A stretch of 64,000 bases of DNA, taken from positions 192,001 through 256,000 of the forward strand of contig CBDATA010000001.1 in assembly GCA_965199715.1 (NCBI GenBank), written 5' to 3'. Source of the stretch: Vicinamibacteria bacterium. GTDB taxonomy: Bacteria > Acidobacteriota > Vicinamibacteria > Marinacidobacterales > Marinacidobacteraceae. A model generated the notes under the pieces. That model had not been told where the DNA came from. It did not search any database and saw only the letters and a program-made list of their open reading frames with translations. Positions 47,129-57,612 of the stretch are shown in pieces (within the stretch, counting starts at the first letter, position 1; every line of letters begins with the position of its first letter). The position numbers were made by a program, and so were the translations under genes.

Positions 47129-48932
47129 GTTCCGCCCCTCCTGCTTCCTTCGCCCGGAACCACGCGTCGAAGATCGAGCGCGCGATCGGCGCCGCGTAGG
47201 TTCCGCCGCCGCCCACGTGCTCCACGATCACGGCGACGGCGATCTCCGGATTCTCGTGGGGCGCGTACCCGACGAACCAGGCGTGGGTGCGGAACTGGCG
47301 GGGCCGGTCGGCGTTGTTCCGCGCGACCCGCGAAAGGGCGGCCACCTGCGCCGTGCCCGTCTTGCCGCTCACGTCGATCCCGTCGAGGCCGGCGCGGCGC
47401 GCCGTGCCGCGCGTCACCGCCGCCCGCATTCCCTCGCGGATGAGCGCGAAGTGCTCCGGAGTCACCTCCGCGACCGGCCGCGTCGCTTCGCTTCCGACGA
47501 GCCGGGGCTGGAAGACCGTTCCCGAAGTCGCCACCGCGGCGACCATCCGGGCCATCTGAATCGGAGTCGTCTGCAGCGGCCCCTGCCCCACCGCCAGCGA
47601 GACGGTCTCGCTCGCGTACCAGCGGTCCCCGTGGACCCGCCGCTTCCAGTCGCGGGTGGGCACGAGCCCGGCGGTCTCGCTCGTCAGATCGACCCCGGTG
47701 CGGGAGCCGAGCCCGAGCGCGCGGGCGTAACGGGCGAGGACGTCCACGTCGAGCCGGGCCGCGAGCCGATAGAAGAACACGTTGCACGACGCCGCGAGGG
47801 CTTCCACGAGGTTGAGCGAGCCGTGCCCCTCGCCCCGGTGGCACGCGAACGTCCGGCCCGCGACCCGGGCGCGTCCCCGGCACGTGTGGCGCGTGTTCTC
47901 GTCCACGAGACCCTCGCCGAGCGCAGCGGCCGCGGTCACCAGCTTGAAGGTGGAGCCGGGCGGGTACTTCCCCTGGATGGCGCGATTCAGGAGCGGCTTC
48001 ATCGGGTCGTTCATGAGCGTCCGCCACTCCTCCCGCATCCGGTCGAGTCCGCCGTCGAAGGACGGGTAGCTCCCCAGCCCGAGAATCCCGCCGTCGCGCA
48101 GGTCGAGCGCGACGAACGCGCCGCTCTCCTCCCCGAACGCCTCGTACGCCGCCTGCTGGATCGCGGCCATCGCGGAGAGCTGCAGGCTGCGCCCGCGCAC
48201 CGCTTCCCGCCGTCCGGCGCCTCCGGGGACGAGCACGCGCTGGCGGCTGTCCACGACGCTGCGGATCACTCCGTCGGCGCCGGCGAGGGCGTCGTTGTAC
48301 ACGCGCTCCAACCCGTCCTGCCCGACGTGGTCGCCGGCGCGGTATTCGGAGAACTCCTCCAGCAGGAGCTGCGCCCCGGTCACTTCGCCGACGTGCCCGA
48401 GCAGGTGCCCGGTCGCGGGACCGAGCGGATAGCTGCGGGCCGGGACGAAATCGACGCGCACGTCGGAGAGCTCGCGTCGCCGCGCCGCGTACCAGGCCGC
48501 CTCCTCGAAATTGATGGGCCGCACCACCGCCGGCCGCCGCGCCGCCTCGCGCCGGAGCGCGACCAGCTCCTCGGGCCCCGCCTCGAGGCGGCCGATGGCC
48601 TCGAGCTGCCGAAGCCCCTCCGTCCCGGCGGTCAGCAGGAACGAGGGCCGGGTCTGGGCCAGAACCTGCCCGTCGCGGTCGGTCACGAGGCCCCTCGGCG
48701 CGCGGGCGCGTTCCGACGACACGTAGTTGTTGCGGGCGCGTTCGGCGTACTCCTCGCCCCGGACGATCTGGAGATTCCAGAAGCGCACCAGAAGAAGCGC
48801 CGCCGCCGCCCACAGGGCGACGCGCGCCAGCGCCAGCCGGGAGGCGACGCGGCGGCCGCGCCCGAGATCCAGAAACCCCACGGACTGAGAGCGACGGTAG
48901 CGGGGCCGCGCGCGCGTGCCGACGAGTTTCAT
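47100..48932 (-). CDS. mrdA: Penicillin-binding protein 2
   Basis: APRG..DRDG, YPPGSTFK, SCNVFFY, GKTGTAQV. Confidence 0.94.
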   Translation of the reverse strand: MKLVGTRARPRYRRSQSVGFLDLGRGRRVASRLALARVALWAAAALLLVRFWNLQIVRGEEYAERARNNYVSSERARAPRGLVTDRDGQVLAQTRPSFLLTAGTEGLRQLEAIGRLEAGPEELVALRREAARRPAVVRPINFEEAAWYAARRRELSDVRVDFVPARSYPLGPATGHLLGHVGEVTGAQLLLEEFSEYRAGDHVGQDGLERVYNDALAGADGVIRSVVDSRQRVLVPGGAGRREAVRGRSLQLSAMAAIQQAAYEAFGEESGAFVALDLRDGGILGLGSYPSFDGGLDRMREEWRTLMNDPMKPLLNRAIQGKYPPGSTFKLVTAAAALGEGLVDENTRHTCRGRARVAGRTFACHRGEGHGSLNLVEALAASCNVFFYRLAARLDVDVLARYARALGLGSRTGVDLTSETAGLVPTRDWKRRVHGDRWYASETVSLAVGQGPLQTTPIQMARMVAAVATSGTVFQPRLVGSEATRPVAEVTPEHFALIREGMRAAVTRGTARRAGLDGIDVSGKTGTAQVAALSRVARNNADRPRQFRTHAWFVGYAPHENPEIAVAVIVEHVGGGGTYAAPIARSIFDAWFRAKEAGGAERVRQVASRD

Positions 48933-49441
48933 CGGATGCCGGGTCCGTCCCCGGGCGCCGGATAGCGGGAGAGCGCCCGCACGTGGGCGCACGCGGCGTG
49001 CAGGAGGCAGCCGTAGAGCGCCGAGACCGGGACTCCCAGAAGGAACGCTTGGACGGCGCCGCCGGTCGGTGCGCCGCCCCCGGCCACGAACTGGGCGAGG
49101 GCGTACAGGAGTCCGTCGGCGAGCGCCGCGAGGACGGCGATGAGGCCGAAGGCCGCCGGCGGAATCGGCGGCCACTGCGCGGACGCGTTCTGGAGCGACC
49201 GGCACACGACCAGCTTGGAGATCCCGTTGAGTCCGACGTAGCCGGACGACAGGGCGTCCTTGAGCAGTCCGCCGGCGGCGGCCCCGCCGAGCGCCGGGGC
49301 CGCGCGGCCGGTCACGGCGAGGGTCGCCACGGTGGCCAGCACGAAGTCGGGGGCGATCGTCGCCCGGTCCACGACTTCCGCGAACAGGAATTCCAGCAGG
49401 AAGGCGAGCAGGAGAAGGACCGGGATCAGGACGCCCGCCAT
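48929..49441 (-). CDS. mreD: Rod shape-determining protein MreD
   Basis: Hydrophobic; PDFVL, GLLKDALS..G..G; lies between mreC and mrdA. Confidence 0.85.
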   Translation of the reverse strand: MAGVLIPVLLLLAFLLEFLFAEVVDRATIAPDFVLATVATLAVTGRAAPALGGAAAGGLLKDALSSGYVGLNGISKLVVCRSLQNASAQWPPIPPAAFGLIAVLAALADGLLYALAQFVAGGGAPTGGAVQAFLLGVPVSALYGCLLHAACAHVRALSRYPAPGDGPGIR

Positions 49442-49451
49442 CGCTCGCCGC

Positions 49452-50288
49452 CTAGCGGGAGGCCCACGGGCCGCCGGGCGGAACCGGCGGCAGGATGAAG
49501 ACGCGCTCGAGACGCTCCATGTCCACGAGCGGCTCGACCCAGATCTCGACGAGCATCGCGTTTCCCGAGTCGATGGCGCTCACGACCCCGATCGGGAGCC
49601 CCTTCGGGAACAGTCGGTCCGCGCCGCTCGAGATCACGGTCTCGCCCACGGCGACGCCATGCCCGATCGACACGTAGTCCAGCGAGAGCGCTCCTCCCGC
49701 ATCCGCAGGGGCCGCGCGGACGATCCCCGGCGAGCGGCTGGACGCGGTCAGCGCCGCCACCGCCGACTCCGGAGCGGTCAGGAGATCCACCTGGCTCGTC
49801 CTCGGGGCCACGCGGACGACGCGGCCCACGAGTCCCTCCGCGGCCATGACCGGCGCGTCGCCGAACACGCCGTGATCCGACCCCCGGTTGAGCGTCAGCG
49901 ACCGGTCGAACGGACCGGCGCCGAGCCCGGCGATCTCCGCCTCCAGCGGTTCACCCACGTCGAACAGCTCGCGATCCAGCGTCGTGAACCCGCGCGCCCG
50001 GTCCAGCAGGCCGCGCTGGACCGTGAGCTCCCACTCGAGCCGGGCGATCCGGTCGCGATACCGGTCGCGCTCGGCGCGGACCCCCGCCGGATCGAGCGCG
50101 GCGTCCACCCGCACCCGCAGCGAGCCGGCGAGGGAGTGGACCGCGTTCCGGCTCCCGGCGAGAACCGCCGCCGCGCGGTCCGCGCCCGGCAGCCCCCTCG
50201 AGTCGATCCGCACCCGCCACGTCAGGACGGCGAGGTTCCCGAGCAACAGGACCGCGAAGAGCCCCCTCGCCGAAGGCCCCCGCGACAC
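49452..50288 (-). CDS. mreC: Rod shape-determining protein MreC
   Basis: N-terminal TM and coiled coil; NRGS..GV, GLVGRV, SSG...FPKGLPIG. Confidence 0.92.
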   Translation of the reverse strand: MSRGPSARGLFAVLLLGNLAVLTWRVRIDSRGLPGADRAAAVLAGSRNAVHSLAGSLRVRVDAALDPAGVRAERDRYRDRIARLEWELTVQRGLLDRARGFTTLDRELFDVGEPLEAEIAGLGAGPFDRSLTLNRGSDHGVFGDAPVMAAEGLVGRVVRVAPRTSQVDLLTAPESAVAALTASSRSPGIVRAAPADAGGALSLDYVSIGHGVAVGETVISSGADRLFPKGLPIGVVSAIDSGNAMLVEIWVEPLVDMERLERVFILPPVPPGGPWASR

Positions 50289-50306
50289 GGAACGCAGCCC
50301 CGTCGG

Positions 50307-51335
50307 TCAGCCGGCGAGCGCCACCCGCCGCAGAAGGGGGATCTCTTCCAGAATCTGGCCCGCTCCGAGCACCACGCAGTCGAGCGGCTTGTCGGCGCGG
50401 CGCACGTCGAGCCCGGTGCTCTCCGAGATCACGTCCGCGAGCCCCTTGAGCATGGATCCGCCGCCGGTGAGGAGAATACCGTTGGGGATGAGGTCGGCCG
50501 CCAGCTCCGGCGGCGTCTGCTCGAGCACGTTGTGGACTTCCTGGACGAGGCGCTTCACCGACCGTTCGAGGCCCTCGAACACGTCCGACTCCGAAAGCGT
50601 GATCGAGGTGGGCGTGCCCCGCGTCAGGTGCCGTCCCCGGATCTCCATCGTGTCGCCCTCGCCGATGTCGTTCGGGCGGGCCGAGCCGATGCGCATCTTC
50701 ACCCGTTCGGCGGTGCGGTCGCCGACGAGGAGGTTGTGCTGCCGGTGCAGGAACACCCGGATGGCTTCCGTGAACTGGTCCCCCGCCGTCGTGACCGAGG
50801 CGCCGGCGGCGATCTGGGCGAGGGCGATCACGGCCACGTCGGTGGTGCCGCCCCCGATGTCCACTACGCAGTTCCCTTCGGCGCTGCGGACGTCGATCCC
50901 CGCCCCGATCGCCGCCGCCATCGGCTGGTCGATCAGGAAGACCTCGCTGGCCCGCGCCCGCAGGATGCTGTCCCGCACCGCGCGCTTTTCGACCGGGGTC
51001 ACGCTGAGCGGCACGCCGACGACCATGCGGGGGGCCGCCCAGCGCCGCTTGAGCGCCTTCTGGGCGAAGATGCTGATCATCCGCTCGGCGGCCTCGAAGT
51101 CGGCGATCACTCCGTTTTGCATCGGCCGGATCACGTTGACGTCCGCCGACGTCTTGCCGATCATGTTGTACGCCTCGCGCCCGACCGCCTCGACGCGGTG
51201 GGTCGCGTTGTTCATGGCGACGACCGACGGCTCCCGCAGCACGACCCCCTGTTCCTTGGTGTAGACGAGGGTGTTGGCGGTGCCGACGTCCACCGCAAGG
51301 TCAGCGGAGAAGAGGTTCAGCAGGGCTCGAAGCAT
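50307..51335 (-). CDS. mreB: Rod shape-determining protein MreB
   Basis: DVGTANT, EPSVVA, RPMQNGVIADF, DIGGGTT, LTGGG. Confidence 0.96.
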   Translation of the reverse strand: MLRALLNLFSADLAVDVGTANTLVYTKEQGVVLREPSVVAMNNATHRVEAVGREAYNMIGKTSADVNVIRPMQNGVIADFEAAERMISIFAQKALKRRWAAPRMVVGVPLSVTPVEKRAVRDSILRARASEVFLIDQPMAAAIGAGIDVRSAEGNCVVDIGGGTTDVAVIALAQIAAGASVTTAGDQFTEAIRVFLHRQHNLLVGDRTAERVKMRIGSARPNDIGEGDTMEIRGRHLTRGTPTSITLSESDVFEGLERSVKRLVQEVHNVLEQTPPELAADLIPNGILLTGGGSMLKGLADVISESTGLDVRRADKPLDCVVLGAGQILEEIPLLRRVALAG

Positions 51336-51487
51336 TCTTTGGGCGCGGGGAGAAGCCAGAACGTGAACTCAGGCAATGGACGGCACCACGCTATAGTATC
51401 TGGGTTGGGCGCCCGGATTGCAACGCCCCCGGGATCCGCCCCTCGATTGCGGCGCGATCGCCGCAAACGGTACGATCACGGGTTCTC

Positions 51488-53388
51488 ATGATTCTCGAGT
51501 ACTTCCGCGACCGGAGATCCGTGGGGTGGTCGCCGGCGCGGCGCTGCTGATCCTGGTGATCCTCGCGTTCATCGCGCTCTACATCCCGGATTTCCTCGGC
51601 GATCCCAATCAGGCGCTCAACAACCGGGAAGTCGCGTGGGTCGATGGCGAACCGATCCGGGCGAGCGACTTTCTCGGCCAGTACCGGCAGGTCTCGCGCC
51701 AGTACCAGGAGCAGATGGGGGACGCCTTCACCCCGACGTTCGCGCGTCGCATGGGGCTTCCGCTCTCGGTCGTGGGAGAGATGATCCAGCGCCGGGTGCT
51801 CGTCGCCGAGGCGCGCCGGCACGGGATCGAGGTCACCGATTCGGCGGTCGGCGAAGCGATCCGGACGCTGCCCGCCTTCCAGCGGAACGGGACCTTCATG
51901 GGCCGGGAGGCGTACCTCGACCTGCTCTCCATGAACCGGCTGACGCCGAGGGATTTCGAGGCCTCGGTGCGCGACGACCTATTGGTCGAGCGGCTGCGCG
52001 CCATGGTCACCGGGCCGGCCGCGGCGTCGGAGGAGGAGCTGCGCGACGAGTACCGCAAGCGCAACGAGAGCCTCTCGCTGGAGCTGTGGCACCTGCCCGG
52101 TTCGGCGTACCGGGGCGAGGTGGAGGTCGCCGTGGAGGAGGCGCGCGAGCGCTACGACGCGGATCCCGAAGCATGGGAAGTCCCGGCGCGGCGACGGGTC
52201 CGGTTCGTGACCGTCTCGCCGCAGTCGCTCGCCGAGGAAGTGAACGTGCTCCAGCGCGAGATCCGGCGGTACTACGACCGGAACCTGTTCCGCTACCAGA
52301 CCGACGCGGAGGCCGAGGCCAGCCACATCTTGCTGATCCCCGAGCCGGGCGAGAGCGAGGACGCGGTCATGGCCGAAGCGGCGGCGCTCGCGGAGCGCGC
52401 CCGCTCGGGCGAGGACTTCGCCGCGCTCGCCCGGGAGCGCTCGGACGACGTGGTCACCCGCGACTCCGGCGGAAGCCTCGGGTCGTTCGAGCCCGAGCAG
52501 TTGCTCCCCGAGCTCGCGGAGGCCATCTTCGCGCTCGAGGCCGGCGGGGTGACCGACCCGGTCCGCACCAGCGACGGCTTCCACGTCGTCCGGGTGGAGA
52601 GCCTCGTCGCGGCGGAGACCACCGCGCTCGCCGACGTCGAGGTCGAGATCGAGTCCATCCTGCGCGAGGAGAAGGCGCAGGAGCTCCTCGCCGACCGCAT
52701 CCCCGAACTCGCCGACCTCGCTCCGGGCGCGGACGGCCTCGACGAGATCGCCGCCCGCTATCCGCTGATGATCCCGCAGGAGAGCGGCCTGTTCGCCGCC
52801 GGGGAGATTCTCCCCGAGCTCGGCTCCGCCGCCGCGGCCGAGGTCGCGTTCGAGCTGGAGGCCGGCGAGGTGGGCGGTCCGGTCCGGCTCGCGAACGGCT
52901 TCGCGCTCGTGGAGCTCATCGAGGAGGAGGCCGCCCACGTCCCCGACTTCGAGGAGGTGCGCGAACAGGTCCTCGAGGACATCCGCGTCGGGCGGGCCGC
53001 CGGACTGGCCCGCGCGGCCGCAGGCGACCTGCTCAGGACGATCGCGGGCGGCGGGGCCCCGGACACGGATCCGACGCCGCTGACCGCCTGGGTGCGGGGC
53101 CGGCCGCTCGGCGCCGCAGGCGCGGTTCCGCTCGAGGAGGACCGGCTCTTCGCCGCCGAGCCCGGCGCCGCGGTCGGGCCGATCGCCACCGATTCCGGCG
53201 TCGCCGTGGTGCGGGTGCTGGAGCGCGCCGGGTACTCGGAGGGCGACTTCGCCGCCGCGCGGGACTCGTTCCGCGGCGACGTGCTCGCCGAGCGGCGCAA
53301 CCTGCTGTGGGCGGCGTTCGTCTCCGCCGCCGCCGAGCGCCATGACGTCCGGATCGACGAGCAGGCGCTGAACGGGCTCATCGGCTGA
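51488..53388 (+). CDS. PpiD-like SurA N-terminal/parvulin foldase, probable 1-nt frameshift near 51527
   Basis: TM anchor LVILAFIALYIPDF, ASHILL, GEDFAALARERSDD, GGSLG, GFHVVRV; the best start, ATG 51488 (MILEYFRDRR), is out of frame with the body. Confidence 0.82.
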
Positions 53389-53389
53389 C

Positions 53390-53773
53390 ATGCAGCTCGA
53401 TCTCAGGCAGCGCGGCGACGTGAGCGTCCTCGTGCTCGAGGGCCGGCTGGTCGAGGGGCCCGGCAACCGCCAGCTCGGCGAGGCGGTGCAAGTGCTGCTC
53501 GAGTCCGACCGGCTGCGGCTCGTGGTCGATCTGAGCTCGGTCACGACCATCGACAGCGGCGGCCTCGGCGAGCTGGTGGCTTCCGCGCAGCGGCTCACGC
53601 AGGCCGGCGGGCGGCTGAAGGTCATCAACCCGCCGGACCGGGTGGCGCGGGTTCTGGACGTCGCGCGGGTGCTCCCGCTCTTCGAGGTGTTCGAGACCGA
53701 GGACGACGCGGTGCGCAGCTTCGCGAGCGACGACGCCGGCCCGGCGCCGCCCACCAACTCGCATCCGGTCTAG
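53390..53773 (+). CDS. Anti-sigma factor antagonist (STAS domain)
   Basis: VVDLSSVTTIDSGGLGELV, GGRLKV. Confidence 0.9.
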   Translation: MQLDLRQRGDVSVLVLEGRLVEGPGNRQLGEAVQVLLESDRLRLVVDLSSVTTIDSGGLGELVASAQRLTQAGGRLKVINPPDRVARVLDVARVLPLFEVFETEDDAVRSFASDDAGPAPPTNSHPV

Positions 53774-53781
53774 GGGACCGC

Positions 53782-55065
53782 GTGGTCCCGGTCGCGGACG
53801 CGCTCGCCTCCATTCTCCGGCTCACGCCGGAACGCGAGGTCGAGGAGGTCGGTCTCGGCGGCGCCTGCGGCCGGGTGCTGCTGGAGACGATCCGCGCCGA
53901 CCGGGACCAGCCGCCGTTCGACCGGTCGCTCGTGGACGGCTACGCGGTCCGCGCCGCCGATCTGAAGTCCGGAGGATCGCTGCGCCTCGTGGGGACGATC
54001 GCCGCCGGTCGGACCGCGGACTTCGAGATCGGCCCCGGCGAAGCCGCCGCCATCATGACCGGCGCCCCGATCCCGTCCGGCGCGGACGCCTCGATCCTCG
54101 TCGAGCACGCGAGCTCGGACGGCCGGACCGTCTCGTGGCCCCTGCCCGAGTTCGCCTCGCTCGCGCCGCTCGAGCCGGGCGCGAACGTCGCCCGACGGGG
54201 CCGGGACGTCCGGTCGGGGACGCCGCTGCTCCCGGAGGGAACCCGCATTTCCCCCGCAGGAGTCGGGCTGCTCGCGACCGTCGGCCGCACCCGGGTGCGC
54301 GTCGGGCGCCGGCCCCGGATCGCGGCGCTCTCGACCGGCGACGAGCTCGCCCATCCCCGCCGCCAGCGGCTCGGCCCCGCCGCGATCCGCGACGCCAACA
54401 GCCACATGCTCGCCGCCCGCTGCCGGTCGCTCGGGCTGCCCACGCGGCGGCTCGGAATCGCGAGCGACGCGCCGGACGCGCTGGAGCGGGCGATCGCGGA
54501 CGGGCTCTCGGCGGACGCGCTGCTCGTGTCCGGCGGAGTCTCGATGGGACGGTTCGACCTCGTGGAGGGCGTCCTCGAGAAGCTGGGCGCGAAGTCGCAC
54601 ATCGCCTCGGTCGCGATTCGCCCGGGGAAGCCGTTCGTCTTCGCGACCGTCGGCGATCCCGTCCGGCGCCTCGTCTTCGGGCTCCCCGGGAACCCGGTGT
54701 CTGCGCTCACGACCTTCGACGTGCTCGTGCGTCCGGCGCTCGACCGGTGGGAGGGACTCGCCAGCCCGGCGCGCCCGCAGGTCCGGGTCCGGGTCGAGGC
54801 CGGGATCGCGAACCCGGGGCCGCGCCGGGCGTTCCTGCCGGTCCGGGTGCGCAGCGGCTCCGGGGGCGAACTGACGGCGCGGCCGATTCCGATCCGGGGC
54901 TCGGGAGACGTCTCGGCCATCGCGCTCGCGAACGGGCTGGTCACATTGCCCGGCGCGAGCGCCCTCGACGCGGGGGCCCAGGCGACGGTCGAGCCGATCT
55001 CCGGATTCCCGGATCCCGATCCCGGCGCGTGGCGCGATCCCCGCGAGGAGGGGCCGCCGTGCTGA
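53782..55065 (+). CDS. moeA: Molybdopterin molybdenumtransferase
   Basis: PPFDRS.VDGYAV, IMTGAP, STGDEL, SGGVSMG, RPGKP, GLPGNPVS. Confidence 0.95.
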   Translation: MVPVADALASILRLTPEREVEEVGLGGACGRVLLETIRADRDQPPFDRSLVDGYAVRAADLKSGGSLRLVGTIAAGRTADFEIGPGEAAAIMTGAPIPSGADASILVEHASSDGRTVSWPLPEFASLAPLEPGANVARRGRDVRSGTPLLPEGTRISPAGVGLLATVGRTRVRVGRRPRIAALSTGDELAHPRRQRLGPAAIRDANSHMLAARCRSLGLPTRRLGIASDAPDALERAIADGLSADALLVSGGVSMGRFDLVEGVLEKLGAKSHIASVAIRPGKPFVFATVGDPVRRLVFGLPGNPVSALTTFDVLVRPALDRWEGLASPARPQVRVRVEAGIANPGPRRAFLPVRVRSGSGGELTARPIPIRGSGDVSAIALANGLVTLPGASALDAGAQATVEPISGFPDPDPGAWRDPREEGPPC

Positions 55066-55526
55066 GCCACCTCGACGCCGAGGGCCGGGCCCGCATGGTG
55101 GACGTCGGCGAGAAGCCGGTGACCGCCCGGGAGGCCGCGGCGGAGGCCTTCGTGACGGTGCGCCCCGAGGCGCTGCGGCTCGTGCGCGAGGGGAAGAACC
55201 CCAAGGGCGGCGTCCTCGAGACGGCCCGGATCGCGGGGATCCAGGCGGCGAAGGCCTGCTCGTCGCTGATCCCACTGTGCCATCCGCTTCCGCTGGACCA
55301 GGCCGACGTCGCCGCGACGCTGGAGGACGGCGGGATCCGGCTGCGCAGCCGCGTCCGCTGCCGCGCCTCCACCGGCGCCGAGATGGAGGCGCTGACCGCG
55401 GTCAGCGTGGCCGCGCTCACCGTGTACGACATGCTGAAGGCGGCCGACCGGGGGATGCGCATCGACGGCGTCCGGCTGCTGGAGAAGCGCGGCGGGCGCA
55501 GCCGAATCTGGAAGGCCGATGACTGA
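55059..55526 (+). CDS. moaC: Cyclic pyranopterin monophosphate synthase
   Basis: LSHLD..G.ARMVDV, LIPLCHPL, TGAEMEAL, LTVYDMLKA. Confidence 0.95.
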   Translation: MLSHLDAEGRARMVDVGEKPVTAREAAAEAFVTVRPEALRLVREGKNPKGGVLETARIAGIQAAKACSSLIPLCHPLPLDQADVAATLEDGGIRLRSRVRCRASTGAEMEALTAVSVAALTVYDMLKAADRGMRIDGVRLLEKRGGRSRIWKADD

Positions 55527-56349
55527 GGCGAAGCTGCGCCGCGCGCTCGTCGATCTCGATTCGGTGGTCGTGGCGCTCAGCGGCGGCGTGGACAGCGCGA
55601 CGCTCGCGGTGATGGCGCATCGCACGCTCGGGGCGTCGAGCCTCGCGGTCACCGGGGTCAGCCCGAGCCTCTCGGCGCACCAGCGCGGCCTCGTCGAGCG
55701 GGTGCTCGAGGTCGAGCCGCTCGCCCACGAGTGGATGCGGACCGACGAGATCGAGGATCCCGATTACGCGCGCAACGGCTCCGATCGGTGCTTCTTCTGC
55801 AAGCACGAGCTCTACGGCGCGCTCCGCTCCCTCGCCGACCAACGGGGCTTCCGGGCGGTCGCCGACGGGACGAACCGGGACGACCGGGGAGACCACCGCC
55901 CGGGCCGGAGGGCGGCGGCCCGCTACGGCGTCCGCGCGCCGCTGCTCGAGGCCGGCTTCGGCAAGAACGACGTGCGCGAACTCGCCCGCAAGCTCGGCGT
56001 TCCGGTGGCGGAGGAGCCGGCCTCGGCGTGCCTCGCCTCGCGCATCCCGAACCTCACGCCCATCGACGCCGGCCTGCTCGCCCAGGTCGAGGCCGGCGAG
56101 GCCCTGCTGCGGGAAATGGGGTTCCCGAGTTCGAGGGTGCGTCACCACGGCGATCTGGCGCGGATCGAGTTCCCCGCGGACGCGCTGGACCGGGCGCTGC
56201 GCCCCGACGTGTCCGTCCGCATCGCGTCCGGCCTCCGGCGGCTCGGCTTCGACCGGGTCGCGGTGGACCGGCGCGGCTACCGGCCCGCCGGTCTCCAGGC
56301 GCCCTTCCGGCCGGACCGGGACCTGATCGAGCTGCGCGCCGGGGACTGA
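55519..56349 (+). CDS. larE: LarE-family ATP-dependent sulfur transferase
   Basis: ALSGGVDS PP-loop, RCFFCK, DGTN.DD..DHRPG, ACLASRIP, RVRHHG. Confidence 0.88.
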   Translation: MTEAKLRRALVDLDSVVVALSGGVDSATLAVMAHRTLGASSLAVTGVSPSLSAHQRGLVERVLEVEPLAHEWMRTDEIEDPDYARNGSDRCFFCKHELYGALRSLADQRGFRAVADGTNRDDRGDHRPGRRAAARYGVRAPLLEAGFGKNDVRELARKLGVPVAEEPASACLASRIPNLTPIDAGLLAQVEAGEALLREMGFPSSRVRHHGDLARIEFPADALDRALRPDVSVRIASGLRRLGFDRVAVDRRGYRPAGLQAPFRPDRDLIELRAGD

Positions 56350-56352
56350 CCG

Positions 56353-57381
56353 GTGTCGGTCGAGATCACGATCCTCGCCGATCCGGACGCCGACGACGGG
56401 CGGACGATCGAGGTTCGCAGCCTCGCGCGTCCCTCGGGCGACCTCGACGCGCTCGAGGACGCGCGCTGGTTCGCCGGCGGCGATCGCGAGGCGATCGCGG
56501 CGTTCGTGCGGGAGCTTCTGGACCGCCACGGCGGCGGCCTTCGGGAGTGCCGCCGCTGCGGCGCGGTGCGCGACGGCTCGTCGGACCCCCGTTCGCCGTT
56601 CGTCTGCCCGGCGTGCCTCCCCGGCGAGCCCGGCCCCCGCCCCGAGCCGCCTCCCGGCGAAGGACTGGAAGCGCGCTTCATCGGGACCGGCGACGCCTTC
56701 GGCTCCGGCGGGCGCCGCTCGGCGGCGATCTTCCTGCGCGAGCGGGGCGCCCCGACCGGAGCGCTGCTGGACGCGGGCCCCGGTTGCCTCGCCGGGCTGC
56801 GCGCCGAGGGCCTCGGGAGCGGCGACCTCGGCGTCGTCATCCTGAGCCACTTCCATGGCGACCACTTCGGCGGCGTTCCGTTTCTCGAACTGGACCGCTG
56901 GAAGGACCGGGCCGACCCGATCCCGATCTGGACCCCGCCGGGCGGCGCCGACCGGCTCGGGGAGCTCCGCAACGCGCTCTACCCGGACTTCCCCGCGACC
57001 GGCGCGGTGCGCGAGTTCCTCCCCGGCGAGACCGGCGAGCTGCCGTTCGGCGGCCGCGCCGTCGCGTTCCCGGCGGACCACCAGAAGCGCGCCTGGGCGT
57101 ACGGCTGGCGGATCGAACTCGGCGGACGGACGGTGGTCTATTCGGGGGACACCGCGTGGAACCCGCGGATGATCCGCGAATCAGCCGGCGCCGACCTCCT
57201 CATCCACGAATGCACCTCCCGCGAGCCGCTGCCGGGGCATACCGGCCACTCCGACCTCGTGGAAGCGGCGGACGCGATCACCGCCCGTCGGGTGCTGCTC
57301 GTCCACTCCGGGCCCGACGTTCTCGCGCTCGCCGACCCGGTGTTCGACCGGGCGCACGACGGGCTGCGCGTCGTGATCTGA
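56353..57381 (+). CDS. RNase Z-like metallo-beta-lactamase with extra N-terminal Zn-ribbon-like domain
   Basis: GTGDAFGSGGR, LLDAG, SHFHGDHFGG, YSGDT, IHEC; N-terminal CRRC-x15-CPAC. Confidence 0.85.
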   Translation: MSVEITILADPDADDGRTIEVRSLARPSGDLDALEDARWFAGGDREAIAAFVRELLDRHGGGLRECRRCGAVRDGSSDPRSPFVCPACLPGEPGPRPEPPPGEGLEARFIGTGDAFGSGGRRSAAIFLRERGAPTGALLDAGPGCLAGLRAEGLGSGDLGVVILSHFHGDHFGGVPFLELDRWKDRADPIPIWTPPGGADRLGELRNALYPDFPATGAVREFLPGETGELPFGGRAVAFPADHQKRAWAYGWRIELGGRTVVYSGDTAWNPRMIRESAGADLLIHECTSREPLPGHTGHSDLVEAADAITARRVLLVHSGPDVLALADPVFDRAHDGLRVVI

Positions 57382-57384
57382 CCG

Positions 57385-57603
57385 CTAGTCGTCCTTCGCC
57401 CGGGAACTCGAGGCCTCGCTCTCCGACCCGGTGATCGAACGCATGGACTTGCGGAAATTCCGGATTCCCTCGCCGAGGCCCGCCCCGAGCTGCGGCAGCT
57501 TGCCGGCGCCGAACACGAGGATCACGATGGCCAGGATGATCAGGAGTTCCGTGGTGCCCAGCCCGCCGATCAGGAGCGGGAGCGCGAAGAGTGCGGAAGT
57601 CAT
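57385..57603 (-). CDS. tatA: Twin-arginine translocase TatA/E subunit
   Basis: [38 protein letters not shown]. Confidence 0.94.
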   Translation of the reverse strand: MTSALFALPLLIGGLGTTELLIILAIVILVFGAGKLPQLGAGLGEGIRNFRKSMRSITGSESEASSSRAKDD

Positions 57604-57612
57604 ACGGCCAGT

